Of a stretch of 64,000 nucleotides of DNA, positions 12,771 to 25,832 are shown one piece after another. A program made the translations under genes and the position numbers. The notes beneath the pieces were generated by a model. That model searched no databases. It was not told the origin of the DNA and saw only the letters and a program-made list of their open reading frames with translations. Every line of letters begins with the position of its first letter. The first letter of the stretch is position 1. Origin of the DNA: Takakia lepidozioides (Eukaryota > Plantae > Bryophyta). The DNA lies in assembly GCA_030704615.1 (NCBI GenBank), contig CM060734.1, forward strand, positions 63,240,001 through 63,304,000, given 5' to 3'.

Positions 12771-15700
12771 TCAGATGGTGGTGGAAACTGCATTGCATCT
12801 AGTCCAACATGAGTAAAAATGTAACACAACTCTCCAAACTCTAGCAGGGAAGGGACAATCTGTCAGGCAGTGCTCGATGGACTCAGGGTGTGACATGCAC
12901 AAACCGCAAGTAGCATTGTTGAATAAGGTCTTGGCATTGACAGGCAAGATTCTATGAGCCAGTTTCCACAAGAAGCCTGAGATTTTGGCAGCCCTTTGTT
13001 TTTTCCATATATCTTTCCACACCGAGTCCCAATTGGCTAATGACACATTCAAATGCCCCCACTTTTCGGACCACCTGGAGAAGAAGGTTGTTATGGGTCT
13101 CAACAACGAGTAACCTATCTTTACCGAATAAGCAAAGAAAGGGGAGTGGTGCTCATCCTTCCAGCTCCATTCCTCGGGGTCGAACTGTAAAGCAGCCAAT
13201 GGGTAACGTAGAAATCAAGTGAAACTGGAGTGCAAGGCCCATTGCAATTCCCCCCCCTGCGGTGGGGCTGGGTTGGCATTTCCTTTGTCATCAAGCACCC
13301 TTATAAGGTACAGAGATTGCTTGTGCAAATCCGCATAGCCTGTCAGCTGCAGGTTGCCCTCATATCTGAAATGAACTGAATTCCAGAGGCTATCTGATCA
13401 TTCATAGAAAGGACCAGCATGACAGTACCACCTCAGTTGGTTGTTGCAGCTGTCCAGGTTGGCAAGGCCTCCCAGTCACCTCCATTTCTCAGCAAGTCAG
13501 TTATGGAATCTGGCACGTCTGCAAGAAGAGAAGGCCATGCAGCTGCACGTCTGGCCCCTATACTCTGTGTCACTGTGGCTGGTGAGAGGTAACTGCCCTG
13601 CTCCCAAGTATTGCCCAGATGAGTAAGACCTTTGTGCTCCCACTTTGGTCTTTGCAGGGACAGTGTTTGCGAGTTGAAAACATTGTTCCAAAACAGAGGT
13701 TGTCGCCAGGCCTCCGCAAAGTTTGCTGGTGGTCTTTGAGTAAGCTTGTCCCTAAGAGATTGCCAAGCAGCCCATATGGATTGCCATGGGCGGGATCCCA
13801 AGTGCACGTTCACATTTTCCCCTTGAACAATCCAGCGAAGTGAATCTACCCACAAGTGGGATGAAGAGGGTTTGGCACCCATCAAGTAAGGCTGGATCAA
13901 TTTACTCCATGGGTTGTGACAGTGCGTAATGGCCCTAGGGATCCACTTGGCTAAAAGAGCCTCGATTTGTGCCGCTAGATCCAAAATTGCAACCCCCCCC
14001 CTTCTTTTTGGGCTAGCATAGTTGCTCCCAAGAAAGTAGAGCCCATCTTACCGGAGTTTGCACTGTTGCGCCCCAGTTAAAATTCCGAATAAGAGCTTTT
14101 ATCTCTTTCACCATGGAGGTTCCTGGGTCCCACACTGTTGCAGAGAACCAACAAGAGGCCAGTAGAACCTGGTTTGCCACCAGTGCCCGTCCAAAAATTG
14201 AGAGCATGGAGGAGCTCCAGTGGGCAAGAGATCTTTTCAATCTGGAAAGTACATTCTACATTCTGCTCTGTTGGGACACATCAATTCCAACCTGATGGCC
14301 CAGCAGCGTGTGGGATTCCCCTTCCTGCAGCCATCGGAGGCCAATGTCTTCCCCCCAAGCAGCATAGTGAGCAGATGAAGCTTGACTCTACAACACCAAG
14401 AGAAGTCCCACCGACTTTCCCCAATTGATTTTCAAGCCAGAGCCAAGACAAAAAATGTGCAGGGCTTGAAGCGCATGATCAATGTTGTCCCAGGATGAAT
14501 TGTCCAGCAGTAAGGAGGTATCATCAGCATACATTGACAGCTTGACCATTTCCGGCCGGAAGGTAGGTAAATGAAGGCCCACAATGTCCTGCCTGGCTTC
14601 AAACAAGTGCCCAAGAGAATCTGCCGCAATGAGAAAGAGGAAAGGTGCCAAAGGGCACCCTTGTCTCACCGACCTAGAGATCGGGAAGGATTGGGAGATG
14701 AATCCATTCACCATTACCTTACTAGAGGCAGAATGAAGAAGGATCCTTACCCAAGACAAGAAATGACCACCTAAACCTGTTTTTTCCAAAGCAGCGAGGA
14801 GGAAAGTCCAGTCAATAGAGTCAAAAGCTTTTTCAAAATCCAACATCAAGAAAGCAAGAGGCTGATTGTTCAGATTTGCCCGGTAAAGCGCTTCATGGGC
14901 TAGCAGGATGTTATCCAAGATCATACGATCTTTAAGAAAACCGGTCTGCTCTTTTCTGATGATCTGAGGCAGCAAGGGCTGGATTCTCAAAGCAAGCGCC
15001 TTGGCTATAATCTTGTATATAGAGTTGAGTAGGGTGATAGGTCGGTAGTTGGTTACGTTGTCCCTCTCCCCCTTTTTGTAGATGAGAGTGATAAGGCCTT
15101 CGGAGATCTGAGAGGGCATCACCTGCTTCTGGAGGATGTCGTTGGTCATACCCAAAAAGTCATCTCCAAGAGTTCCCCACAAAGATTTGAAAAGCTCAAT
15201 GGGCAGACCATCTGGACCTGGGCTTTTAAGAGATGCCAGGGCATCTACTGCCTTACCCAGCTCAGACTCAATAAAGGGTTCTGCTAACTTGGATTTATGT
15301 GCAGCAGATAGGGCACAGGGTATATTTCTCAAGAGAGCATTTCTTGCTTCATATATCTCTGGAGTGTGCTCCCTTTTTTCAAAGAGTTGTCTGAAGAAGC
15401 CGGTTGCAATGGTGGCCATCTTCTTCGGGACAACACTTGGAATGCCAGCATCATCACGCAAAGAGGGGATCAAAGTAGAAGCACGACGCTGAGCAGCTTT
15501 AGCAAAGAAATATTTAGACATTTTTTCCCCCTTCAGCGACCAATTTACCCCTGCCTTGACCCTAATGAACTGCTCCCTGGAATGTAACAACAAAGAGAGA
15601 GCTGTTTTGTAGGAGATCATGGTTTGAGGGTCATCTCTACCTTCTTGAAGTTGGTACTGACAGACATGAAGGCATTTTGTGAGTGCCCTCTCTTTTCTGG

Positions 15701-18700
15701 AGGTGTCTTCGGCCTTTTTCCTAGACAAATCCTGACAGATGCCTCTCAACATCTGCAACTTGGATAGAAAGAGGAGAGTGGGTGAGGTGAAAGGTAGGTC
15801 AGCAGAGGACCAAACTCTTTGCAGCTCTAGAACAACCTCTGGGTCTTTGAGGAGGGAGGGGTTGAGCTTAAAGAAACCCCTACCCTTTGCTCTTGTCCCC
15901 GGGGTGTGTAAAGAGAGATTGACAATGGAGTGGTCAAAACCAGGAGGCACTGGGCCCAAAGGGGATCTGACAGTCCAATTTAACAGGTGCTCAGAGCAAT
16001 AGATTCTATCTAGACGAGCCAGGGAGAGATTTGGAGACTCCCTGTTATTAGACCATGTAAATTTCAGCTCTCCCTCAGCTGGGTTGGTGGCATCCAGCAA
16101 ACCCACCGCCATGCATAGAGAGTCCCAAGAGTTTCTTTCAGCAACAGACAGGCCATGAACGTTAGAACCGAAGCGATCATTATCAAACTCTACCATGTTA
16201 AAATCCCCACCCACAATCTAATGTTGGATGTCACCAAGCTACAGCATTTTCAATCTAATAAGAGACCACAGCTCTATACGTTCCTCCTCACTATTGGGAG
16301 CATAAACATTTAACACCCCCACACTCCCAATCGCTGGACCCATATGCAGAACAACAAGCTGAACCCTACCCTGAAGCCATATGTCATTAGGAAGAACACA
16401 GGGCCCTAATGAGGGGGAAATAAAAATTGTTGTGCCACCTCTAGTGTCAACGATCGTGGGGTTCCAGAATGCGGAGGCAGGAGGCCACATAGAAGTCCCC
16501 AGAGATGCAATTTTTGGCCTGGTCGAGCTATGCTCTTGGAGAAAGATTAGAGAGGATTTGTTTATGAGGTTGGAGGCCCATCGTCTGATTCTGGCCCTTT
16601 TTGGGGCTGAGTGATCAGAACCAATGCCACGGATATTCCACGTAGAAAGAGAGAAATTCATTGTACTGCCAGGGCAAGGCCCGCGTTGATCTCGCGATTT
16701 GATGGCGAGGTAGGTAAGAATTTGAATTTAGTCCTCTTGTCCCAGGGTTGCAGCGTATTTATCCATTTAAAACCAGCAGGAGGTGGCAGTAAATCAGGTA
16801 GGTTCCACACAAAGACCTGTCTCGACTTCTTTCTTTTGCTAAGACATCCCAGTTCCAGGAATTGGTTCCTGCTGTCTGTTAGCATAGAAAGATCTAACAG
16901 GGAGAGATGCCAAGAGAGCGTTGAAGAGAGGTAGTCAACAGCAAATTTTGAACACAAGATGTTGTATGATTCACACCATCCTGGTAGAATTTTAAGGGCA
17001 AGCTGCTGATGCTCCAGCACAAGGGTCCACTCACGATTCCTATTTGTCTCATCATGCACAAAGAAGATGAGTGGAGAGGGAGAAGAAGCATGAGGAAACA
17101 TGCTTACCGGTGGGGGTGAGTCCACAGTTTCCTCTGACTGTCCCATTTCTTCAAAGCATTTGCTAGCCGCATTGGATGAGAACAGCATGTCAGTGTCGTT
17201 ATACAAGATTATTGCTCTGTTTGTGGGCTCCACCTCCCGGGAGATGTTGCTCGCTTGGACTGCCTGGTCTGCTAGGCCCTTGAGCTTCTGCAGACTTGTA
17301 AGTTCAGCCACCATGCGCTGCCCTTCTTCCATGATTAAGGAGCTACGAGCCCAGGTGTTTGGGTCCTTCACCCTGCAGTGCAAGCCAAAGGCGTCTACCC
17401 ACAGCCCTTTGTTTGGTCTGACCGTTATGTGCAGGTCTTTGACATGGAAGATCGGAAGCACATGTACCACCGCCAGATTAACAAGGGCATTGTTGTTTTC
17501 AACCATAATGCCTATGTTGTGGACTTGAGATAGAGAGAGGGAGATGTTTGGAAAAAGTCCGTGAGGATCTGGCCGGTGAGCTGCAGTGTGATGTCTTTTT
17601 CTTTTCCCACACTTAGCTCCTTGGTCATGTCTTCAGTGACCCAGGCTGAGCAAAAGCCTTCCCCATCCTCCGGGACGCAAAAGTTAGTGTAATCGTCAAA
17701 GAAAGTCTAGACGAGCGGGGTCACACAGATTGCTGCCCTGTCTCTCGCATAAATCGATCCTGGGGCCCAGCCAGTCAAAGGCCTACTTTTGAAGGAGTGC
17801 AGCTCAAGGAAGGAAATCGCCAGGTTGGTGCTGTCCAAGAGTTGCAGCTCTTCTTGCGAGAAAAGGAACAAGGCCCAAGCTTCCTTCGTCCTGACTGGGT
17901 GAAGATCATATGGCCGGTTGGGATGAACCCATTTGGACTTGTCGTCACTTCGTTTCTTTTTTTTGGAGGACGGGCCTGCCTGAAGCCTTTCTGCATCCGA
18001 TTCCAAAGCAACTTGCACTATAGTACCTGGAGCCACCAGTTAAATGAGGAGCCTGCTTTGTCGTTTGGCATGCACGAGGGCTTGGAGGATTCAGAGCCTT
18101 TTGGCTTGCCGAGCTTTGGGCAGTTGGAGGAAATATGGCCTTCTCCATTGCAGATGAAGTAGATCGTGGAGATGAGTTCTTCTTTGATTGCAATGACTAT
18201 GAACGAATCATCCAAAGTCGGCAGTTTGATCGAGGAGCCAATCCGCTCAGTCTCTGGCATTAAGACAACCAACTTAGGTACTCCGCTGTCTTTGGAGTAG
18301 TCATAAATTGCAGCTTCGTTGTCAACGCTCCTGATGTTGTCTTGAACCGACTCGTAGACATTCAACGAGCCAATGAAGGTGGCAAAGCTGGCGCCAATCT
18401 CTGGTAGGGCAGTCAAGTAAGTGGCAGGGAGGTAAGGAATGGCGATGACCCTTGGTTTCCACATCACACCCTCTTTGTGACCCCAATCGTGGATCCAGGG
18501 GAAGAGGAAGACCTTGACCGCAGACATCTGCGTGTTGAATTTTAGAGCCAGCTCTGCTTCCTCCGATGAACTAAAAAGGGCCAAATAGAAACCTCTACCC
18601 ATGGAGAGGCAATAGTGATGGGGAAGACCTCCCTCCGCTCCGAGGTGCTCCACTATCCAAGTGCGTACCGAGCTCCTAGATTTAAGTTTCCCAGGGAAAT

Positions 18701-19013
18701 AGATGAGGATCCCCCTTTGTGTAAGCTTTTCCATCTGCGTTTTGAGCTTTCCCTTGTCCAATTGCAGAACTGGCTGACTGGTGACCATCTAGGGTATGGA
18801 GTCGTCCCATAATGCATCCTCTGCCCTGGGAGATTGCACGTATGTGGATGGGCTTGGGCCTTTGCCCAAAATGGAATCCCCCGAACCGTTGGAGGTCGGA
18901 TAGTTTTTAACAATCCATTTTGCCTTCCCTCCGTTTACCGCCAGAGCAGAACCAGGTCGTCTTGTAGAGCCTCCTCTGCTTCTGCGTCTGCTTGAAGTTC
19001 CCCTAGTGCTCAT
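12771..19013 (-). mobile_element. Near full-length L1-clade LINE (ORF1 plus APE endonuclease-RT-zf-RVT ORF2), inactivated
   Basis: ORF1 19013-16658 with a decayed zinc knuckle (FICNGEGHISSNC). ORF2 from 16661: TWNIRG, LQE, NVYAPN, GGDFN, RLDRIY, FDH (endonuclease); KSPGPDG, YRPITLLN, LDFEKAFD, RQGCPLAP, YADD (RT); CGLC..ES.EHCL.DC (zf-RVT). A few stops and frameshifts. Confidence 0.93.
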
Positions 19014-19879
19014 TGTCCCAGCTTGGAGGTGGGGAAGTGTGTGCTACCTGGAATCGGACAGCCTCACGATCACTAGCCACACACCAAGCACAACCAAGAT
19101 TAGTGAGAAAAGCCCTGCATGGAACATGCACTTCACCAATGGAGACAAGAGATGGCAGTAATTGAAGATGGAAGAGAGAGAGGAGATGCCGGCTTGAGAT
19201 GGTTGCAGGCTCTTCCAGCAGGAAGCAAACTTAAACTAGAGATAGAACACCAAATAGGTTGTGAGAGAAATGGAGCCACAACATATCAATGCAGGTTGGG
19301 GGAGAAGGCAAGCAAGAAACCGAGCTGTATACAATTCAAGAGGAAGGGCTAGAGTGAACACTTCCCTCCACTTCACCGTCATAATGAGAGAAGGCGCATT
19401 ATGGAACGCAGAGAGTCTATGCGGCGCTTTCAATTTCAGTGCATCAGGCATTCACGCTGCGCAAGGATGGAGGTTCGCAGACCTTAGCTGGAGTCGCAGA
19501 GAAACTAAAAGGAGTCTATCAGCTGGAAAAGAAAAGACTGAGCTTGCAGGGGGCCATAGCTGCCAAAGAAGCAGTCTTGGGGAGTCGTGCCACAACCTAA
19601 GGAAGGCGGCCCATCAATGCAGAGAGGAGATGGAGCAGCTGATGATGAAAGGGGAGAAAACCAAGGGAGGTAGAGAAAAGAGAGAAGTGGGGAAACGAAA
19701 AAAATTCTTGTTAGAATATGAGTTGGGGATTCTGGCCCATAGAGACGTTTCTGTCGTCTTTAGGGGATACTGAAAGCTGTGCCTAGCTTTAGTACATCTT
19801 AGCTTAGCCGAGGAGGTGCAAGGAGTTTTGGTCATGGACTTTCATGGAGCAGGATCTACCGTTTTTTGTCCACTCAACC

Positions 19880-22210
19880 CTGCAACTGCCCAACAGCTCA
19901 TTTTCTTGGGCCATCTGCTTTCTACTGCTGGCATCAGTCTTGACCCTGCTAAGATCCAAGCTATGTAGAACTATCCAGCCCCTCGGGATAAAACATGCGT
20001 TAAAGCCTTCTTAGGCTTGGGTTCTTACTATCGTCGCTTCATCTTTCAGTTTGTCAAACTAGCTGCTCCACTCGCTCACTTGTTATCCAATGATGCTCGT
20101 TTTGTATGGGGTACTGCTGAAACGTCCACATTTGAGAAGCTCAAAATTGCACTAACCTCTGCTCCTGTGCTTGCTTATCCTGATTTTACCTTGTCATTTA
20201 TCTTGCAAACTGATGCCTGCAAGCTATCTCTGCTGTGTTGAGCCAGATTCAAGATGATCAGAAGCATGCCATCGCATATGCCTCTCGCCGCCTTGATAAA
20301 CATGAGTGCAATTACTCTATCACTGACAAGGAAGGCCTTGCAGCTATCTTTGGAGTCAAATATTTTCGGCAGTATTTACATGGCTGTCATTTTACCATTG
20401 AAACTGATCATCTACCTTTAAAAGCCTTGCTAACCCCTCATGAACTCACTGGCAGATTAGCTCGGTGGGCTCTCATTCTGCAAGGCTATGACTTTACCAT
20501 CTCCTACAAGCGTGGGAAGGATAACATTAATGCAGATGTTTTGACTCGAGACGAATCCAAAATCCCTGCACCTTACACTACCTTAAATGATCTAGTCTCC
20601 CCTGCTGCACGATCTCTATCACCTGCTGAGCCTGTTTCAGATCCCTATGTCTTATGTCATTTGCTGGACTATCCTTATGTTCCTCTAGATTTGCTTGACA
20701 CTTGGGATCTTCTTCAGTTTGATGTTGGTTGACTTTCCCCTAGTATTGGCATGAATTCTGGTCTGGTATCCTGCAGACGAGTCTGGTACTTTCCCTTACC
20801 TCAGAACTGCTCATCTTGTCTTGCGCCTGCCTTGGTTTGTTTCCTGACCAAGGGACTGAGCTGAGCCTTACAGCCTGTTTGCCTCCTCATAAGCAGCCAA
20901 CTGAAAATGAAGTCAGGATTACGAAAGGAAGAGAACGGGGGCTGCCACTTTCTTCTCGCATGCACTAACCTGCTGTTGTGTGGCCATGAATGATGTAGGC
21001 ATGGATGATCCATTATACGATGCTCTTCTCCATAGGTGCAAAACCGGCACCCACCTTAGTGGCATATCCAAGCTACTCATGAGGCAAGTAATCTATCACT
21101 TACCCAGCCACCGGGAAAGTGAAGGGAGATTGTACAAAGTCACTGCTTTGGAAGGTACATCTGCTGTGGAAGTCCCTTTTAGGTCCGCTGTCCCTGCTTT
21201 GCTCGAATTGTATCATGCTTCTACTTATGCTGGCCATTTGGGGGTTGCTAAAACTGTCAAGAGATTACATGAGCAATATCACTGGAAATGCTTAGTTAAA
21301 GATGTCTCAGCTTTCATTGCAAGGTGTCTGCCCTGTCAAGCTAAAACCATCATACCTAGAACCGAAGCTCCCTTACCTCTACATCCAATCCCGGTGACTG
21401 AACCATTTGCCAGGGTTGGCTTAGATCTAGTCGGACTCCTTAAATCCACGTCCAAGAGCCATACATATCTTACGGTTGCAACGGACTACCTGACAAAATG
21501 GGTTGAGCTCCGACCTCTGGTTGCTAAGGATAGTGATGAGGTGGAGCAGTTCTTCTTTGATAAGGTGATTCTTCGTCATGGTTGCCCTCTGGAAATCCTC
21601 ATGGATCAAGGCACAGAGTTCTGCAACCAACTTATGGAGATTGTCTTGTTTAATCTCAACACTAAGCATGCCGTTACTGCTCTTTACAATCCCCAATGCA
21701 ATGGTTTGACAGAACGATTTAACAAAACTATATGTCATATGCTCGAGAAGAATGGGGCACTCATTGATGAATGGGATATTGCTGTGTCTATTCTGCTCTT
21801 TGCCTACATGACTTCTATCCATGCCAGTACCAAGATCTCACCTTTTGAACTTTTGTATGGTAGGAAATGTAGAACTCCTTTGCATATCTCCTGGCTACAG
21901 GTCTCGGCTACTGAGCCTGAAAATTGGGAAGTATTTTTGCTTTCCATGGATGCTAGACGACGTAGTTTGCGTGAAACTGCAAAATCTAACATTGTGTTTG
22001 GCCAAGCTGCTCAGGCCAAGAATTACAACCGTCGTGTTGTGTATTCTGAGTCATTCAAGGTAGGTCAGTCTGTTTGTGTGAGGCTCCAGCCTGATAAGCA
22101 GATTTCCAAGACCAAACGAAGAATTGATGGCCCTTATCTTATCTCTGATATTCTTCCTGGCAGACAGTATGTCTTGCTCCCCAACATGCCTCTACTCCTC
22201 ACTTAGCTAG
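19880..22210 (+). mobile_element. Ty3/Gypsy pol fragment (RT thumb, RNase H, integrase)
   Basis: FLGLGSYYRRFI, LQTDAC, AYASR, ETDHLPL, LARWAL; integrase HHCC (YH...GHLG...CLPCQ), LDLVG, MDQGTEF, NGLTERFN. 5'-truncated and frameshifted. Confidence 0.92.
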
Positions 22211-22686
22211 CTCCATTCATGTATCACTGTTTGTTCCATGCACTCTTACTTTTGATCTAACCTTTGTGAATGTTGAGAACCATCAAGTGATTTTCACCCC
22301 CACAGCTCGGACAGCTCGCCCTCAAAACATGACATCCTCTTCTTTAGACTAGTGTTTGAATTTTGTGCTAGTTTTCTGCACCAATTGTAGCACTTGGGGT
22401 TTTTCCTATGGAACGTTTTGTCCTCCACCCAGCTTGCAGGGTAAGGTTTTCTTCCCTAGGTTTTTTCATCCCTTGTGTGTCGGGTGTGTAGTTTGATTTG
22501 GCTAGGCTTCATTTTTGTTCTTCCTGAGCTCATCACTCGCAGGAGCTCGCAATTTCTTGTGGCCCTAGCAGGCTTCACATATGTGGAGCTGGGATTCTTT
22601 CTCACCTTACTTTTCAACATGGATGAATGGAGGAGGGATGCGCTCCGGATGATTTAAGGGATGGACGAAGCCATGATGAAGTCTAG

Positions 22687-22960
22687 CTAAGTCCCTGAAC
22701 TGACTGGCCCTGGAATTGGAAAAATGGCGCCGAATTTCGGTTTTCGGTGCCAGCCACCCTAGGAACTTAGCCATTTTGGGAGCCCTGAACTGGAAATTCG
22801 GCGCCATTTTCCCAGGTCCGGCCCGAAAATGCCTAAGTCCCAGAACTGACTGGGCCTTGAACTGGAAAAATGGCGCCGAATTTTGGTTTTCGGTGCCAGC
22901 CACTCTAGGGACTTAGCCATTTTGGGTGCCCTGGACTGGAAATTCGGCGCCATTTTTCCA
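22687..22960. repeat. Two tandem ~146-bp units, each with an internal inverted repeat
   Basis: Units start at 22687 and 22833. Each has AAAATGGCGCCGAATTT and, ~55 bp later, its reverse complement AAATTCGGCGCCATTTT. Confidence 0.85.
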
Positions 22961-24489
22961 AGGACCAATTTATATGCGCCACATGAGGCCTCTAACATCC
23001 TGAAATGCAAGGACTTGAAAGGAAGGCATTGCGTATATACCTGTACAGAAGGCGCATTGCTGCTTTGTCCGCGTTCGGCCGGTCGGTGAACTCGTGGCTC
23101 CTGCGGGCATGGGGTATGACTGTCCCTACTCCTCATGTTGGGCTTACCTCCCTTGTTTACTTACTTATCTGGACCCTAAAATCATTCTTTTTTGTCTAGT
23201 GGTAATAAATCATTTTGTAGCCTATCCCCTGTCCCACGCCGGTCCCACATGGGACACCGGTACCAGAAAAGAGCCCTAGTCCCACCCCATTCCGTGCTCT
23301 ACCCCACCTTGGCCTAAACTGTAGATTGTAATAATAACGACTTGTATAGCGGGGACACGGGGATGGTGACTAGGGCTTGTGGGAACAACCGCCAGCGAGG
23401 TAAGTTTATCCACCAAAGTGGCCCCCAATTGATATGCATAGCGCAGTTGGAAGGAGCAGCTTTAGGCTCATGGTGATGGTAATGGACATGGGGATTGCCT
23501 CATGCAGCTCTACGTCCTAGCATACTTAGGCTTTGCTGAGAAGACAATCACATCCTGGCATGCGCACCTTCAACCAATCTGCCTTCAATGTTCCACCGCA
23601 CACTCTACATTGTATCAAATTTTACACACACAGCTCTGCCACTTCTAATCCAGACAGCCCTGGAAAGGCTGCAACAAGCAGAAGACAAGGCCACCGCACA
23701 CATGAGGATGGTGCATCTGTTTCCGATAACCCAGTGTGATGTTGTCATCAAAGATGTCCTTCTGTAGTAGCATCACACAAACCCACTCAGGGAATAGTTT
23801 CTTGGCAATGCATTTTGATGATTTGCTTGAATTCAGTACGCTTATAAGAAACAGAGTGCACAAGAGAAGCTGAAATGGAGATAAAGGGCATCATGTAAGT
23901 CCATATACTCACGAGCACTCTGGTAAGATTTGTTTGAATCCATGAGGTGGTAAGCTGTTGTTGACAGCCTCTTGAAGAGTCTAGCTATGTTCATCCAGGT
24001 GTCAATAGCCTGCAGAACACAGTAAACATTTTATCGGACTTTTGTTACGTGGCTCAAGGGAACCATGCAGTAGCACCTTGGTGCTGTACGTGGACGGAAG
24101 CATGACCAGCCCAGCAACTATGATCAAACGACTTTACCATCAACATACTGAGTCGCAAGCTATTTTCCGTCACTCCGGGGGGACCAACAAAACCAGTGGC
24201 CTCTGCCTTGTAAATCGGGACCAATGACGGTTTCCGCCAGAACACATGACTCCAACCTCCTCATCCATGCTGCACTTCGTCGCCAGTCATGCACAAAATT
24301 CTAGAAGTATATGGTTTTCATTGTCGGAATCCAGTCCTTCCAAGGCATGCTGCTCTCTTGCGACTCTTCAAAAAAGGTACTCTCCTTTTCTCTTTGTAAT
24401 CTGGACCAAGAAATCGCAAGCAAACGTATTACAAAAAGTGGTGGTAGAAGTAAATCGCTTACAATTTGCACCATGCATCTCTGCTTTTT

Positions 24490-25330
24490 GAAGTCTTTTG
24501 GCTTCGGAGGATTTGACGCCGCCTCTGGAGAATACCCTTGTTGACATGTATGCCAAATGCGGGAGCATGAAGGATGCGCACCAAGTGTTTGACAATAATG
24601 CCCAGCGGAATGTGGTGTCATGGAGTGCAATGATCGGAGGATATGCTCAGCAATGGTGTGGTAGGGAGGACGGGTTGACGCCCAACAGTGTCACGTTCAT
24701 TTACGACCTCAGTGCGTGCGCCACCATGGGAGTGCTGGAAAAGGGCAAAGAGGTCCATTCTGACATCCTAAGCTGGAATCATGCTGGATAACAAACTGGA
24801 AACCGCCTTTGCTGACATGTATGCAAAATGTGGAAAGCATGAAAGATGCCCGGCAAGTGTTCGACAATATGGTTGCACGAGATCAGGATCCTTGAGCTTA
24901 TGTGTTGCTATCAAGCATCTATGCTGCGGCTGGCAGGTTATGATAGAGCGAACTGAGAAGAATGATGGATGACAGAGGTGTCAATAAGGAGGCAGGGCGC
25001 AGCTGCATTGGGGTTGACAACCAGGTGCATACATTTGTCGCAGAATTGAGAAAGAGCTGAACAGATTGTCTGACGGAGGCTGGATACGTGCCTGACACAC
25101 GCTTTGTACTGCATGATGTGGAAGAGGAACAAAAGGCCACGCACAGTGAGAAGCTGGCCATTGCTTTGGGCTCATCAGCACGCCTCCCGGGACACCTATC
25201 CGTGTCGTAAGAAATCTTCAGGTCACCGCCACCAAGTTCATCTCAAAGACTGTGTGGCGAGCAGTTGTTTTACGGGATCCCAGCCGCTTTTACCACTTCC
25301 AAGATGGGTATGTATGTTCTTGTGGAGATC
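24490..25330 (+). pseudogene. Heavily deleted PLS-PPR-DYW pseudogene (copy A)
   Basis: [64 protein letters not shown] and [11 protein letters not shown] fragments, with frameshifts and deletions. Confidence 0.88.
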
Positions 25331-25832
25331 AGTGATGAAACAGGCAACATTCATGAAACTACAATTGTGCCTCTTTAAGGATGAGGGCCAAGAGCAAAAA
25401 AGGTTATATACTCTCGTTATTTGTGTACCAAAGAGGGAAGTTGAAAGACTCATCGATTCCTGCACTTTTTTACACGCCACATGATCTCAACCCGGAGATT
25501 CTGCTCTTTATTGGTTAATGTTCTTCGCACAAGTCAGACCCAAGTAGGCCATGGCTTTTAGGTGTTATCCTCAAGACTCTGGTCATCAGTTAATATAAAT
25601 CCAGGCTGACTGCTGAAGCTTCCACTAGGCAAGCTATCCCTCAGGCTCATGTCCTATACTCCTGATCCAGAATCTTTCTAAACCACACTCATATAAACAA
25701 ACTTTCTTTTGGGGAACAGTAATTATATGTCTCTGTTTACAATATTTTATCTCTGCCTTTGACCTGCAATGCAAATGTGAAACTTGTGGGCTTCAAAAAT
25801 GTTGGATAGTTTATATGGAGACATACTCTCGA

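Noticed and set aside
19261-19773. 170-aa ORF between the LINE and the Gypsy fragment
   Set aside because: Non-ATG start, purine-rich low complexity, no domain.
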